A stretch of 48,562 nt of DNA, taken from Candidatus Woesearchaeota archaeon. GTDB lineage: Archaea; Nanobdellota; Nanobdellia; Woesearchaeales; WJIZ01. The notes under the pieces were generated by a model. That model saw only the letters and a list, made by a program, of their open reading frames with translations. It was not told the DNA's origin and did not search any database. The position numbers and the translations under genes are program-made. The first letter of the stretch is position 1. Each line of letters starts with the position of its first letter. The stretch lies in contig JAAOYF010000016.1 in NCBI GenBank assembly GCA_018221205.1, positions 1 through 48,562 of the forward strand, read 5' to 3'. Of the stretch, positions 36,424-46,664 are shown piece by piece.

Positions 36424-38222
36424 GCGAGGTCTATCTTAACAATAAATTAGCAGGCGAAGTAGATAACCCTCAAGAGATCGTCGAGCAGTTCAGAGAGCAG
36501 AGAAGGAAGGGAGAGATCTCTCCGAATGCGAATATCTTTTTCAATGAACTCACCAAAGACGTCTATGTCGAGACACAAAAAGGAAGGGCGCGAAGGCCTT
36601 TAATTGTGGTCAAAGACGGCAGACCCCTCATAACAGAGGAACACCTGAAGAAACTTGAGAAGGATGAGATGCAATGGCAGGACCTTCTTCAAGAGGGGCT
36701 CATCGAATATCTCGACGCAGGCGAGGAAGAGAATTGCTATGTCGCCTTTATCGAGGACCAACTGACACCTGATCATACCCATCTTGAGATATCTCCATTG
36801 AGCATGCTCGGCCTGACAGCTTCTCTCGTCCCTTACGGTAACTTTAACCAGAGCACGAGACTGAATGCAGGCGCGAAGAACCAGAAACAGGCTGTAGGAT
36901 TCTACGCCGCTAACTTTTCTGTCCGCATGGATATGGATGTCAACCTACTCCATTATCCTCAAAAACCTATTGTGCAGACCATGATGCATGACATCTGGAA
37001 CTTCGACCAGCATGCTGCTGGCCAGAACATCGTCGTTGCTATCATGTCGTATAAAGGATATAATATGGAGGACGCGATTGTCCTGAACAGGGGAAGCCTG
37101 GACAGAGGTTTCGGACGATCGACCTATTATCGGCCAAGTCTCGCAGAGGAATTGCGCTATGCAGGGGGCCTGGTAGATGAGATCAGCATCCCGGACAAAG
37201 ATGTCAAAGGATACAAGTCAGAGAAGGATTATAGGTTCTTAGAAGGAGACGGCATCATCTATCCTGAGGCGGTCGTACGAGAAGGAGATGTCATCATCGG
37301 AAAGACCTCTCCGCCACGATTCTTAAGCTCATTAGACGAATACAGCATCGCCTCTTCAACAAGACGGGAAAGTTCTGTTGCGTTGAGGCACGGCGAAAAA
37401 GGCATCATCGATTTTGTCTTGATTACAGAGAACGAAGAAGGCAACAGATTGATCCAAGTGAGGGTGAGAGACCCCAGAACCCCAGAAATAGGGGATAAAT
37501 TCACATCACGGCATGGTCAAAAAGGAGTTGTCGGCCTGATCGTTCCTGCTGAAGACATGCCCTTCTCTTCATCCGGCATCACTCCAGATATCATCTTTTC
37601 TCCTCACGGCATTCCAAGCAGAATGACCATTGCCCATCTTATTGAATTATTGGGCGGAAAAGTGGGAGCGTTATCAGGAAGATATATCAACGGAACCACT
37701 TTTGATGCAGAGCCCGAAGATGCTCTTCGGAAAGAACTGCTCAACCTCGGATTCAAAGAGAACGGTATGGAGACCTTCTATAACGGAGAGACAGGTGAGC
37801 GGATGGTCGCACAGATCTATGCGGGCAACATGTATTATCTCAAGCTCAAGCATATGGTCGCCAATAAATTACATTCACGAGCACGAGGGCCGATCCAGCT
37901 CTTGACCAGACAGCCTACTGAAGGACGTGCGAAAGAAGGCGGTCTGCGATTAGGAGAGATGGAGAAGGATACCTTTATCGCACACGGCGCTTCACTTCTC
38001 TTAAAAGAGAGATTTGATTCAGACCGAACCATTGTTCCGGTCTGCGAAGAGTGCGGATTGATCGCAGTGAGCGATGAATTCAGGAACAGGAGCTATTGTC
38101 CTTTATGCGGAGACACTGTCGAGATCAATAATATCGATATCAGCTATGCGTTCAAGCTTATCCTTGATGAATTCAAGAGCTTAGGCATCTATCCTAAATT
38201 ACAATTGGAGTCGAAGTACTGA
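36420..38222 (+). CDS. rpoB1: RNA polymerase subunit Rpo2C (B')
   Basis: GYNMEDA, GDKFTSRHGQKG, PHGIPSRMT, QPTEGRAKEGGLRLGEME, C-terminal Zn finger. Confidence 0.96.
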   Translation: MSEVYLNNKLAGEVDNPQEIVEQFREQRRKGEISPNANIFFNELTKDVYVETQKGRARRPLIVVKDGRPLITEEHLKKLEKDEMQWQDLLQEGLIEYLDAGEEENCYVAFIEDQLTPDHTHLEISPLSMLGLTASLVPYGNFNQSTRLNAGAKNQKQAVGFYAANFSVRMDMDVNLLHYPQKPIVQTMMHDIWNFDQHAAGQNIVVAIMSYKGYNMEDAIVLNRGSLDRGFGRSTYYRPSLAEELRYAGGLVDEISIPDKDVKGYKSEKDYRFLEGDGIIYPEAVVREGDVIIGKTSPPRFLSSLDEYSIASSTRRESSVALRHGEKGIIDFVLITENEEGNRLIQVRVRDPRTPEIGDKFTSRHGQKGVVGLIVPAEDMPFSSSGITPDIIFSPHGIPSRMTIAHLIELLGGKVGALSGRYINGTTFDAEPEDALRKELLNLGFKENGMETFYNGETGERMVAQIYAGNMYYLKLKHMVANKLHSRARGPIQLLTRQPTEGRAKEGGLRLGEMEKDTFIAHGASLLLKERFDSDRTIVPVCEECGLIAVSDEFRNRSYCPLCGDTVEINNIDISYAFKLILDEFKSLGIYPKLQLESKY

Positions 38223-40903
38223 TGGCAGAAGAAGAAAAGGAAACAAAACAGGAAGAGATAGCCCAGGAAGAGGCGGTTCAGGAAAAGGAAGTCCAGGAAA
38301 AAGTCCGGATCGAAGAACCTGAGCCAGTAGTGAGCAAGAGAGTCGGCTCCATACAGTTTTCAGTCTTTTCTCCAAAGAAGATCAAGAAGATGAGTGCAGC
38401 TAAGATAGTCACTCCTGAGCTTTATGATAAAGAAGGTTATCCTGTCGACGGCGGCCTGATGGACATCCGTCTGGGAGTCATCGATCCAGGATTGAAATGC
38501 AAGACGTGCGGAAGCAAACTGAAAGAATGTGCAGGCCATTTCGGTTATATTGAATTGGCCAGGCCAGTCGTCCATATCAAATTTGTCAATCTTATCCTCA
38601 GTCTTTTGAAAAGCACCTGTAGAGGATGCGGCCGAGTGCTCATCCCTGAGAACAAGATTGCGAAGGCAAAGAATGAACTCGACAGCATCGAGAGAGAATC
38701 AGGAATAGAGGCAAGAAGAAAACATATCCGAATCATCATCAGCAATCTGAAGACCATCAATAAATGTCCTCACTGCAAGTCAAAGCAGATGAAAATCACG
38801 CTAGAAAAGCCTACCACATTCCTAGAGGCTGAGAAAAGAGTGAATCCTATTGAGATAAGGGTAAGGCTTGAAAAGATTCCAGATGACGATGTATTCCTGT
38901 TCGGCATGAATCCAAAATATATCAGGCCTGAATGGATGGTGCAGACGGTCATGGCCATCCCTCCAGTAACGATGAGGCCTTCCATCACCCTGGAAAGCGG
39001 TGAGAGAAGCGAAGACGATCTTACTCATAAATTGGGAGATATTGTCCGAATCAACCAAAGGCTGTTCGAGAATATCAATGCGGGCGCACCTGAAATCATC
39101 ATAGAAGACCTGTGGGATCTGCTCCAATATCACATCACTACCTTTTTTGACAATAGTGTCGCACAATTGCCTCCTGCACGCCATCGTTCTGGCCAGCCCT
39201 TGAAGACCATCACTGAGAGGATCAAGAGCAAAGAAGGAAGGATTAGGCATAATCTTGCAGGAAAAAGGACAAACTTTTCAGCGCGTACAGTCATCAGCCC
39301 GGATCCTATGCTGAAACTGAATGAAGTAGGAGTGCCTCGGATAATGGCGATGAAGCTTACTCTTCCTGAGCGTGTGAACGAGTGGAATGTTGAATATCTC
39401 AAGAAGTTCGTCGAGAAAGGTCCTACTGAATACCCAGGGGCTAATTATGTCATCAGGCCGGACGGCAAGAAGAAAAAGATAACTGATGAGACCAAGGAAG
39501 CCTCTTTGGAAGAATTGCAGCCAGGCTATACTGTCGAGAGACATCTGCTTGACGGTGATATTGCATTGTTCAACAGGCAGCCTTCTTTACATAGGATGTC
39601 TATGATGTGCCACAGAATAAGGGTTCTGCCAGGCAAAACCCTTCGGCTGAATCCGGCAGTATGCCATCCTTATAATGCAGACTTTGACGGAGACGAGATG
39701 AATCTCCATATCCCTCAGACCGAAGAAGCCAGGACTGAAGCTGAGATATTGATGGAAGTACAGACACAGCTTATCTCTCCACGATACGGCTTGAGCGTCA
39801 TCGGCTGCGTGCAGGATGCGATCTCAGGAAATTATATTCTTACCAAGATGCTCAACTTCAGCCGTGAAGACGCTGTTGATGTGCTGATCCATTCAGGAGT
39901 GACTGATTTTTCCAACCTGTCTCGAAAAGAGAAAATCTCTGGCAGAGAGGTCTTCTCAGCATTATTGCCTTCTGATTTCAACTTCACCGGCCATTCGAAG
40001 TTCAGGGACGACAAGGGCAATGATAGGGTCGTCATCACAAACGGCAAGCTTATCGAGGGAGTGATGGACCGGAATAACCTTGGAGAAGGCTCTGGATTGC
40101 TGCTCAGAAACATCCACAAGAGATATGGAAAAGAATTCACTATCCAGCTCATCGGAAACATCTTCAGATTGGGCATCGAAGTGTTATTGAGACATGGTTT
40201 TACCTCTGCTCTCTCTGATACTGATCTTCCTGAGGATGCGAAGAATAAAGTGCGAGAAGTATTGGATAATGCCAGACATGACGTGGATAATCTAATCGCC
40301 CAGTTCAAAGAGGGAAAGCTTGATGCATTCCCGGGAAAAACCGATGCAGAAACATTGGAATTGAAGATTTTAGAGTTACTGAATAAGGCACGAAATGCTG
40401 CCGGAGAATTGGTCACGAATTTCGCAGACAAGAACAGCCATACGATGATCATGGCACTGTCCGGAGCAAGAGGAAACTTGATCAATCTTGCGCAGATGGC
40501 TGCGTGCGTAGGTCAGCAGGCTTTGCGCGGAAGAAGGATCGATAAAGGATATCATGGCCGGACATTATCTTGCTATAGAAAAGGAGATCTACGGCCTGAT
40601 GCCCGTGGCTTCATCGGACATGGCTTCAAGGATGGATTACAGCCGGCACAGTTCTTTTTCGGAGCGATGACCGGCCGAGACAGTCTGATGGACACTGCTT
40701 TGAGAACACCTAAATCCGGTTATCTCTACAGGAGATTGGCGAATGCGATGCAGGATCTTAAGGTGGAATATGATTATACAGTGAGAGATGCCTCTGGAAA
40801 GATCATCCAGTTCGCGTATGGCGAAGACGGCATCGATGTCTCAAAATCTGAGAAAGGAACAATCAATGTCAAACGAATTGCGAAGACTGTAGGTGCAAAG
40901 TAA
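38222..40903 (+). CDS. rpoA1: RNA polymerase subunit Rpo1N (A')
   Basis: Catalytic [42 protein letters not shown]. Confidence 0.97.
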   Translation: MAEEEKETKQEEIAQEEAVQEKEVQEKVRIEEPEPVVSKRVGSIQFSVFSPKKIKKMSAAKIVTPELYDKEGYPVDGGLMDIRLGVIDPGLKCKTCGSKLKECAGHFGYIELARPVVHIKFVNLILSLLKSTCRGCGRVLIPENKIAKAKNELDSIERESGIEARRKHIRIIISNLKTINKCPHCKSKQMKITLEKPTTFLEAEKRVNPIEIRVRLEKIPDDDVFLFGMNPKYIRPEWMVQTVMAIPPVTMRPSITLESGERSEDDLTHKLGDIVRINQRLFENINAGAPEIIIEDLWDLLQYHITTFFDNSVAQLPPARHRSGQPLKTITERIKSKEGRIRHNLAGKRTNFSARTVISPDPMLKLNEVGVPRIMAMKLTLPERVNEWNVEYLKKFVEKGPTEYPGANYVIRPDGKKKKITDETKEASLEELQPGYTVERHLLDGDIALFNRQPSLHRMSMMCHRIRVLPGKTLRLNPAVCHPYNADFDGDEMNLHIPQTEEARTEAEILMEVQTQLISPRYGLSVIGCVQDAISGNYILTKMLNFSREDAVDVLIHSGVTDFSNLSRKEKISGREVFSALLPSDFNFTGHSKFRDDKGNDRVVITNGKLIEGVMDRNNLGEGSGLLLRNIHKRYGKEFTIQLIGNIFRLGIEVLLRHGFTSALSDTDLPEDAKNKVREVLDNARHDVDNLIAQFKEGKLDAFPGKTDAETLELKILELLNKARNAAGELVTNFADKNSHTMIMALSGARGNLINLAQMAACVGQQALRGRRIDKGYHGRTLSCYRKGDLRPDARGFIGHGFKDGLQPAQFFFGAMTGRDSLMDTALRTPKSGYLYRRLANAMQDLKVEYDYTVRDASGKIIQFAYGEDGIDVSKSEKGTINVKRIAKTVGAK

Positions 40904-40904
40904 G

Positions 40905-42035
40905 ATGGGAGACCTCTATAAAGAATATATGGACAAACTGCCTGCTCGTGTGATGCAGGAACTGAAAGAGTATCTTCCAGGAAGCGTCAGCCAATCAAAG
41001 CTTCGGCAAGTTCTGGACAAGACTGTCGAAGAATATGAGGAATCAAAAGCCGCACCTGGAGAATGTATCGGCAATGTCAGCGCAGAATCCATCGGAGAGC
41101 CTGGCACGCAGATGACACTGAACACATTCCATTTTGCAGGAGTCGCAGAGATGAACGTCACTGTCGGCCTGCCACGTATCATCGAGATCCTTGACGGAAG
41201 AAAGGAACTGAGTACACCGTCTATGGAGATCTACCTGAACAAACCCTATTCACAAGGCAAGGATATCAAGAAACTCGCCCTTTCGGTAAAGGAGACACTC
41301 TTTAATGACATTGCAGTTGAATTCTTGATCAATATTGTGGACCTGTCCATCACCATTGTCTTGGATAGGGGTCAAATGAAGAGCGTAGGCCTTATCCCTT
41401 CTACTGTCGTCAACGCGATGAAGAAGCAGACTAAAGGGTATATTGTCAAAGCAGACAGCAATGAGATCATCCTCAAAAGCAGATCAAAGGACGTCAACCT
41501 GAACAATCTCTACAATACAAAAGAAAAGCTCAAGAAAGTGCATCTTAAGGGGATCAAAGGGGTCAAGCAAGTGCTTCCGGTCAAGAGAGGGGATGAATTC
41601 ATGATCATCACTGCAGGATCCAACCTGAAAGAGATATTGAGGCTTGATTTTGTCGACTCTTCACGGACAGTAACGAACAATGTCTTTGAGATCGCAAACG
41701 TCTTGGGAATAGAGGCTGCGCGTCAAGCCATCATCAACGAAGTCTTCGGCGTGATCGAGAACCAAGGCCTTAATGTAGATATCAGGCATATCATGCTTGT
41801 TGCGGATACAATGTGCACGACCAGCGTCATCAAGGGCATCACTAGGTACGGTGTTGTTTCCGAAAAGAGCTCTGTCCTGGCTCGAGCGTCATTCGAAACT
41901 CCAATCAAGCATATCATCAATGCTGCCCTAGTAGGGGAGATTGATTTCCTTGAATCGGTCGTCGAGAATATCATGATCAACCAGCCTGTGCCTGTCGGTA
42001 CAGGATTGCCAACTTTGGTCACAAAAGTGAAGTGA
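40905..42035 (+). CDS. rpoA2: RNA polymerase subunit Rpo1C (A''; start reassigned to 40905)
   Basis: [52 protein letters not shown]. Confidence 0.95.
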   Translation: MGDLYKEYMDKLPARVMQELKEYLPGSVSQSKLRQVLDKTVEEYEESKAAPGECIGNVSAESIGEPGTQMTLNTFHFAGVAEMNVTVGLPRIIEILDGRKELSTPSMEIYLNKPYSQGKDIKKLALSVKETLFNDIAVEFLINIVDLSITIVLDRGQMKSVGLIPSTVVNAMKKQTKGYIVKADSNEIILKSRSKDVNLNNLYNTKEKLKKVHLKGIKGVKQVLPVKRGDEFMIITAGSNLKEILRLDFVDSSRTVTNNVFEIANVLGIEAARQAIINEVFGVIENQGLNVDIRHIMLVADTMCTTSVIKGITRYGVVSEKSSVLARASFETPIKHIINAALVGEIDFLESVVENIMINQPVPVGTGLPTLVTKVK

Positions 42036-42039
42036 GAAC

Positions 42040-42309
42040 ATGGAAGAATTAACAGAGTTCAAAAAAATCATCAAATCCAAGGAGTTCATAGCAGGAACTG
42101 GTGTCACGATCAAATTGCTCCGTCAGAAGAGACTCAAGAAGATATGGCTGTCTTCAAATGTTCCTGAAACAGTTAAGAAGGACATCCTTCAGTATGCAAG
42201 CATGGCCGAGACACCAGTCGCGTCATTGCCTGTGCCTAATGATGAATTAGGTGTTCTCTGCAAGAAGCAGTTCCCTGTCTCTGTTGCAGCACTTAAGGTA
42301 GAAAAGTGA
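42040..42309 (+). CDS. rpl30e: 50S ribosomal protein L30e
   Basis: G...TIK.L...IWLSSNVP...ELG.LCKK.FPVS; conserved position after rpoA2. Confidence 0.88.
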   Translation: MEELTEFKKIIKSKEFIAGTGVTIKLLRQKRLKKIWLSSNVPETVKKDILQYASMAETPVASLPVPNDELGVLCKKQFPVSVAALKVEK

Positions 42310-42716
42310 AAATAAAATATGATGCTTCTTTGATGCAATATATCACACTGTTCGAATCCCTGACAACCGCAAAGGTCAAGGATTGTTTCGTGAATGAGAA
42401 GCTTACCTATGTCATTGAAAAAGGCCAGATGGGATTGGCTATCGGCAAGCAGGGCAGGAACCTGCGGAATGTCGAACGGGCACTGAAAAAAGAGCTGAAA
42501 GTAGTGGAATTCGATGATAATATCGGTGCATTCATCAAGAATTATGTGTATCCGCTGCGAAAATTCAGTGTCGCCATTGAGAATAAGATCATTACGATCA
42601 CCGGAGAAGATGTGAAGACAAAAGGGCTTCTCATCGGCCGTGATAGGGCCAATCTGAAGCACCTTATGTCTGTCCTCAAAAGATATTTTGATATAGACGA
42701 TATCAAGGTGGAGTAA
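42306..42716 (+). CDS. nusA: Archaeal NusA-like transcription factor
   Basis: LFE.LT.A.VKDC, GLAIGKQG.N, KGLLIGR...N (two KH GxxG loops); conserved synteny. Confidence 0.92.
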   Translation: MKIKYDASLMQYITLFESLTTAKVKDCFVNEKLTYVIEKGQMGLAIGKQGRNLRNVERALKKELKVVEFDDNIGAFIKNYVYPLRKFSVAIENKIITITGEDVKTKGLLIGRDRANLKHLMSVLKRYFDIDDIKVE

Positions 42717-42720
42717 AGTA

Positions 42721-42816
42721 CAAGCAAAGTCAACTTCGTTGACAGGCATGCAGAAAACTCCGTTTTCCGCAAGCAAAGCCAACTTTGTTGAAATGCTTAC
42801 AATAATCTTCGATTAT
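42721..42816. repeat. Cluster of four triloop hairpins including a 22-nt direct repeat (REP-like)
   Basis: CAAGCAAAGTCAACTTCGTTGA (42721) and CAAGCAAAGCCAACTTTGTTGA (42770), 20/22 identical; GAAAAC-TCC-GTTTTC; ATAATC-TTC-GATTAT. Confidence 0.75.
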
Positions 42817-42819
42817 CGT

Positions 42820-42832
42820 AAGCTTTTTAAAT
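42820..42832 (+). promoter_or_regulatory. Putative BRE/TATA box for rps12
   Basis: AAGCTTTTTAAAT 25 nt before the ATG; similar AAGCTTT(T/A)TAA boxes at ~21852 and ~30274. Confidence 0.6.
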
Positions 42833-42857
42833 CAATCAAAACTCTTCAAACTGGAAA

Positions 42858-43295
42858 ATGGGCAAAAAACCAAAGGGATTGAATGCAGGAAAGAAGCTTC
42901 ATCAGCGTAGATCCAAGGCCAGATGGCATGATAAATGGTTCACGCGGAATGTTCTTGGTCTGAAAGTGAAATCAGATCCCTTAGTGGGAGCATCTCAAGC
43001 AAAAGGTCTTGTTCTAGAGAAGATCCAATTGGAAGCAAAGCAGCCTAACTCTGGCATGAGGAAAGCTGTCAGGGTACAATTGATCAAGAATGGAAAGCAG
43101 ATCTCTGCATTCCTGCCAGGAGACGGCGCCACTAAACTTGTTGATGAGCACGATGAGGTCATTGTCGAATGCATCGGCGGTCCGATGGGGAAATCTAAAG
43201 GAGATATCCCTGGAGTGAGATGGCAGGTCATCAAGGTCAACGATCAAAGTCTGGATGCGTTACGGAAAGGCAAGTTGGAGAAAGCTAGAAAATGA
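42858..43295 (+). CDS. rps12: 30S ribosomal protein S12 (uS12)
   Basis: [22 protein letters not shown]...AFLPGDG...GDIPGVRW. Confidence 0.97.
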   Translation: MGKKPKGLNAGKKLHQRRSKARWHDKWFTRNVLGLKVKSDPLVGASQAKGLVLEKIQLEAKQPNSGMRKAVRVQLIKNGKQISAFLPGDGATKLVDEHDEVIVECIGGPMGKSKGDIPGVRWQVIKVNDQSLDALRKGKLEKARK

Positions 43296-43315
43296 TGAGA
43301 AATCAGAATTTTTTA

Positions 43316-43350
43316 GCATGCAAAAAAACACGGGGTGTTTTTTGAGCATG
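43316..43350 (+). promoter_or_regulatory. Hairpin overlapping the SD and start codon of rps7
   Basis: CATGC-A-AAAAAACAC-GGG-GTGTTTTTT-GA-GCATG; contains GGGGTG and the ATG at 43348. Confidence 0.6.
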
Positions 43351-43941
43351 ATTCTTGCATTTAATCGATGGGATGTTTCAGGCATCAAGGTACAGGATCC
43401 TGGATTGGTCAACTATATCTGCTTAGAGCCGAAATATGTCCCTAAGACCGGAGCACGATATGCAGGCAACCGGTTCCATAAGAGCAAAGTGTTCATTGTC
43501 GAAAGGCTGATCAATAAACTGATGGTTCCCGGCCACAAGAGCAGGAAACATTTCAAGTCCTCTGGCCACATAACAGGAAAGGCACAGAATGCCTATGCTA
43601 TCGGCGAGAAAGTCCTTGAGGTCATCGAGAACCGGACCAAGCAGAATCCTATCGAAGTCTTTGTGAAAGCGTTGGAAAATGCTGCTCAAAGAGAGGAGAT
43701 CATCACGATCGAATATGGCGGAGCACGGTACCCTAAAGCAGTCGAATGTGCACCGCAACGAAGAATCGATATCGTATTGCGACATTTTGTCCAGGGCAGC
43801 TATCAAAAATCATTCAATACCAAGAAAGCAATAGAGGAAACCTTGGCCAATGAGATCATCGCTGCCTCAACCCTAAGCAATGAATCTTTCGCTATCGGGA
43901 AGAAACTGGAAGTAGAGCGGCAAGCAGACGCTAGCCGATAA
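43348..43941 (+). CDS. rps7: 30S ribosomal protein S7 (start reassigned to 43348)
   Basis: F.RWD...V.DPGL.NYI, IVERLINKLM, NPI.V.V.A.EN...REE, AV..APQRRID, LA.EII.A, ER.A.ASR. Confidence 0.96.
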   Translation: MILAFNRWDVSGIKVQDPGLVNYICLEPKYVPKTGARYAGNRFHKSKVFIVERLINKLMVPGHKSRKHFKSSGHITGKAQNAYAIGEKVLEVIENRTKQNPIEVFVKALENAAQREEIITIEYGGARYPKAVECAPQRRIDIVLRHFVQGSYQKSFNTKKAIEETLANEIIAASTLSNESFAIGKKLEVERQADASR

Positions 43942-44524
43942 TTCTGAGAAGTTCTTTCAAGTTGTTTATCCTATACTCTCCATCTAATCCATAACCGACA
44001 AAAGGAGTATGGGCGGCTTTTGCAGCTTTTTTGTCAGTTAGGCTATCGCCTACAAATAATACATCATCCACCCTCAATTTCAACCTTTCCAACATCGTCA
44101 GGATCATCTCTGGATCCGGCTTATCTTTTTCTACATCAGATGAAGTGATGATATGATCAAAATAATGATTGAGTTTCAATTGGTTGAGCATCTTTATCGC
44201 TAAAGATCTCGGGGTATTTGTCGCGATAACCAATACTATGCCTTTTGATTTGAGTTCTGCTAAGGTCTCTTCAACAAAGGGATTGCATCTTACCTGGTCA
44301 AATATCTTAGCCTGCGATACAATATATTCCAGGACCTCTTTAATGGGGACAGAGAAATACTGGCCGTCTTCAATGGTGCTTCTTGCCCATACGTTATCGT
44401 CAAATTCTTCCTTAGAGATAGGCCTATTCTCAAAATGCTGCAAGGCCTGATTGAACGCTTGATACCATGCATCGTGGGAATCGATGATGACACCATCCAT
44501 GTCGAATAACAAAGCCTTGATCAT
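43931..44524 (-). CDS. HAD-superfamily hydrolase (phosphoglycolate phosphatase-like)
   Basis: FDMDGVIIDS, ATN, KPDPE, FVGDS..D..AA. Confidence 0.92.
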   Translation of the reverse strand: MIKALLFDMDGVIIDSHDAWYQAFNQALQHFENRPISKEEFDDNVWARSTIEDGQYFSVPIKEVLEYIVSQAKIFDQVRCNPFVEETLAELKSKGIVLVIATNTPRSLAIKMLNQLKLNHYFDHIITSSDVEKDKPDPEMILTMLERLKLRVDDVLFVGDSLTDKKAAKAAHTPFVGYGLDGEYRINNLKELLRIIG

Positions 44525-44606
44525 AGTTTTATAGGATACATTCTCCTATTTATACCTTACCAAAACGCTTATATACACTCTACTATTTCTGCAACTGGGT
44601 GATTAC

Positions 44607-44855
44607 ATGGCATTTGATCCAAATCTAGACCAGAAATTATTTGCTGAAACAAAAGAATTAGAGACAACAAGGCTTACTGTCAGCGTTCATTCTTACAATG
44701 GCGGCGAGAAGAAGATGCAGATATCTCGTGAGAACCGAAACCAGAACAATGAATGGAATTTCTCCAAGCTGGGCAGGATGCTGAAGGACGAGGCTCAGGC
44801 AGTGCTTCCTTTGATGCAGAAGGCTATGGGAGAGATGGAAAAACCATTAGAATAG
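44607..44855 (+). CDS. Small hypothetical protein, possibly PC4/YdbC-like nucleic-acid binding
   Basis: GGGTGA SD, TTATATA box; V.SYNGGEKK.QISR...KLGR pattern loosely resembles the PC4-like fold. Confidence 0.6.
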   Translation: MAFDPNLDQKLFAETKELETTRLTVSVHSYNGGEKKMQISRENRNQNNEWNFSKLGRMLKDEAQAVLPLMQKAMGEMEKPLE

Positions 44856-45428
44856 ATCTTCTATTTTTTCTATTGTATTCTTTGTCTCCATCTTCAGACC
44901 GATAAAGCTTATCTGGCTATTTCCGGCAATCTCCATGTCCTTTTCTGTTGAACCGACCAGGGTGAGCTTCTCTTTACTCTGTTTCTTTGCTTTTTCGATC
45001 CCTTTTTCAAGAGTCTTAGCAGAAAGGAGCAGCGCATTGATTTTCAACATATTGGCAAGGAAATTGTTATCTTCATCAGGGAGGTGAGAAAGGATCATGA
45101 CATTATGTTTCTTTGCCATCAGGTCAAACTTCTTCTTATTGGGGAGGAGCTTGACTTCTATGATCAGGCCGTCATATTCCCTGCCGCGGAAATATTCACC
45201 ATATTTCTTTATCAACGCCGCTTCTCTCAAGAATATCCCTTTATTGGTGAGGAATGCATTGATGGAGTCAGCAGGTGCAGATAGTGGAACGCTCTTGAAA
45301 TGCTGTCTCAATTCACTATCGCCGACCATGCGGCCTATGAAAAACTCTATACTTTTCTTTATAGCCATGCTTTGGCAGTTATTAATATTCAGGACATCAT
45401 TCAGCTTTAGCAGGAGGTTTTTCTTCAT
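44847..45428 (-). CDS. Hypothetical protein, possibly a degenerate HAD fold
   Basis: LLLKLNDVL and LVGSTEKDMEIA...FIG resemble HAD motifs I and IV without the catalytic Asp residues. Confidence 0.55.
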   Translation of the reverse strand: MKKNLLLKLNDVLNINNCQSMAIKKSIEFFIGRMVGDSELRQHFKSVPLSAPADSINAFLTNKGIFLREAALIKKYGEYFRGREYDGLIIEVKLLPNKKKFDLMAKKHNVMILSHLPDEDNNFLANMLKINALLLSAKTLEKGIEKAKKQSKEKLTLVGSTEKDMEIAGNSQISFIGLKMETKNTIEKIEDLF

Positions 45429-45600
45429 TACGCATCACCTCATTTCCTTTAGAAACATTCTGAGACACTACTTTGTTGTCTCCTTGGGACATCATCTTAT
45501 TATATTTCCATTGGCCTATCAGTACCCAGTAGATCGCAAGAAACCCTATTACTGTAAGGATGACCAGTAGAGCATCATTCATAATAGGAGGTAAGGTCAC
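45397..45600 (-). CDS. Small single-TM hypothetical protein (start possibly 45582)
   Basis: Hydrophobic LLVILTVIGFLAIYWVLIG segment; fills the gap in a minus-strand gene run. Confidence 0.5.
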   Translation of the reverse strand: MTLPPIMNDALLVILTVIGFLAIYWVLIGQWKYNKMMSQGDNKVVSQNVSKGNEVMRNEEKPPAKAE

Positions 45601-45617
45601 TATTTATTTAAATCTTT

Positions 45618-46220
45618 TTACCAGGCCTGCTTGTTCCTGCCTCTCGAGGCCACTTTCCCATACCGCTCAAGAATCTCCTTGCTCTGATTGGCGTGTTTTT
45701 TATACTCCTCGAGGAATGTCTTAAAACATTCTTTCCAGATGGTATAATGCTTTGATTCCAACGCCTGCCTGAAAAGATGGATGTCAACAGCCTTATCCTC
45801 AATGCGTTGTGAGAAAAAGCTTAGGCCGAAGTCAATAAAATACAGCTCTTTCATCTGGATGATATTGCTTGTTGTCAGATCCTGATGGATGATATCATGG
45901 TTATGGAGAAAAGCCAGTTTCTTACCGATCTCTTTTGAGCGTCTCTGGTAATCGCTCTTTTCAAGGACATCCCTCAGTTTTGGACCATCGAGAAACTCCA
46001 TATCAATCTTGTCCTCTGAACAGTGAATGAGCTTGGGTGCAGGAAAATTCAGTTTGTAGAGTTTTTCCAGGATTTTCGCTTCTTTCTTTGTCCTGCTCTT
46101 TCTCAGTCTCTTATCAATCTCCGGAAGCCTGTAGGATTTCTTTGTCCTGTCTTTTATGGCAATGTTGTTCTTCCGGTACAGTTTTGCTTCAGCACCTTGT
46201 GCGAACATCTTAGAATTCAT
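45618..46220 (-). CDS. bud32: KEOPS complex kinase/ATPase Bud32
   Basis: QGAEA, K.R..KSYRLPEID..LR..RT..EA, IIH.DLTTSN, FIDFGL, EDKAVD.H, RGR. Confidence 0.93.
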   Translation of the reverse strand: MNSKMFAQGAEAKLYRKNNIAIKDRTKKSYRLPEIDKRLRKSRTKKEAKILEKLYKLNFPAPKLIHCSEDKIDMEFLDGPKLRDVLEKSDYQRRSKEIGKKLAFLHNHDIIHQDLTTSNIIQMKELYFIDFGLSFFSQRIEDKAVDIHLFRQALESKHYTIWKECFKTFLEEYKKHANQSKEILERYGKVASRGRNKQAW

Positions 46221-46575
46221 CTGTTTCTTCTAATGCTTTTAAATGGTCTTTTCTTTTGAGGTATGATACCTGGGCGTTGGTGTACTTATAGACAATATCT
46301 CCTTTCTGATCTCCACCCAATTCCCAAGGCTGGACAATGACAATATTTCCTTCTCTTACCCATAGCGATCGTTTCAATCTTCCGGGAATCCTACAGATTC
46401 GGGTCTTGCTGTCAAGGCATCTGACGCGCATCCTTGAACCGCCCAAACGCTGTTCGACAATGCCGAAGCTCTGGCCTTTCCAAGGCAGTTTAATCCTAGA
46501 AATCTCTGACTGGATCCTGTCTGCATCACTCATTGCAGGCTTCCTTTTCTTCGGATATCTCTTTGGCTTAGCCAT
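46210..46575 (-). CDS. eif1a: Translation initiation factor aIF-1A
   Basis: GIVEQRLGG.RMRVRC.D.KTR.CRIPGRLK..LWVREG..VIV.PWE...KGDI.YKY. Confidence 0.95.
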   Translation of the reverse strand: MAKPKRYPKKRKPAMSDADRIQSEISRIKLPWKGQSFGIVEQRLGGSRMRVRCLDSKTRICRIPGRLKRSLWVREGNIVIVQPWELGGDQKGDIVYKYTNAQVSYLKRKDHLKALEETDEF

Positions 46576-46664
46576 TGCCTTCTAAAACTCAGGACGGTAT
46601 TTAAACTTAACTGTTGATTAGGCATAATAACAATATTTTTAAAGATAAAGGCCAATAAAAGAGT

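Noticed and set aside
34936..42035. Split Rpo2 and Rpo1 subunits, or inteins, as a novelty
   Set aside because: Split B''/B' and A'/A'' are normal in many archaea; lengths are typical and no intein motifs were seen
42721..42816. Mini CRISPR array
   Set aside because: Only two 22-nt imperfect repeats, the spacer is itself a hairpin, and there are no cas genes in the window
43255..43347. N-terminal extensions from the ORF track (rps7; also 7299, 13166, 19849, 22034, 27476, 40893)
   Set aside because: They overlap upstream genes; downstream ATGs fit SD motifs, stop/start overlaps and family N-termini better
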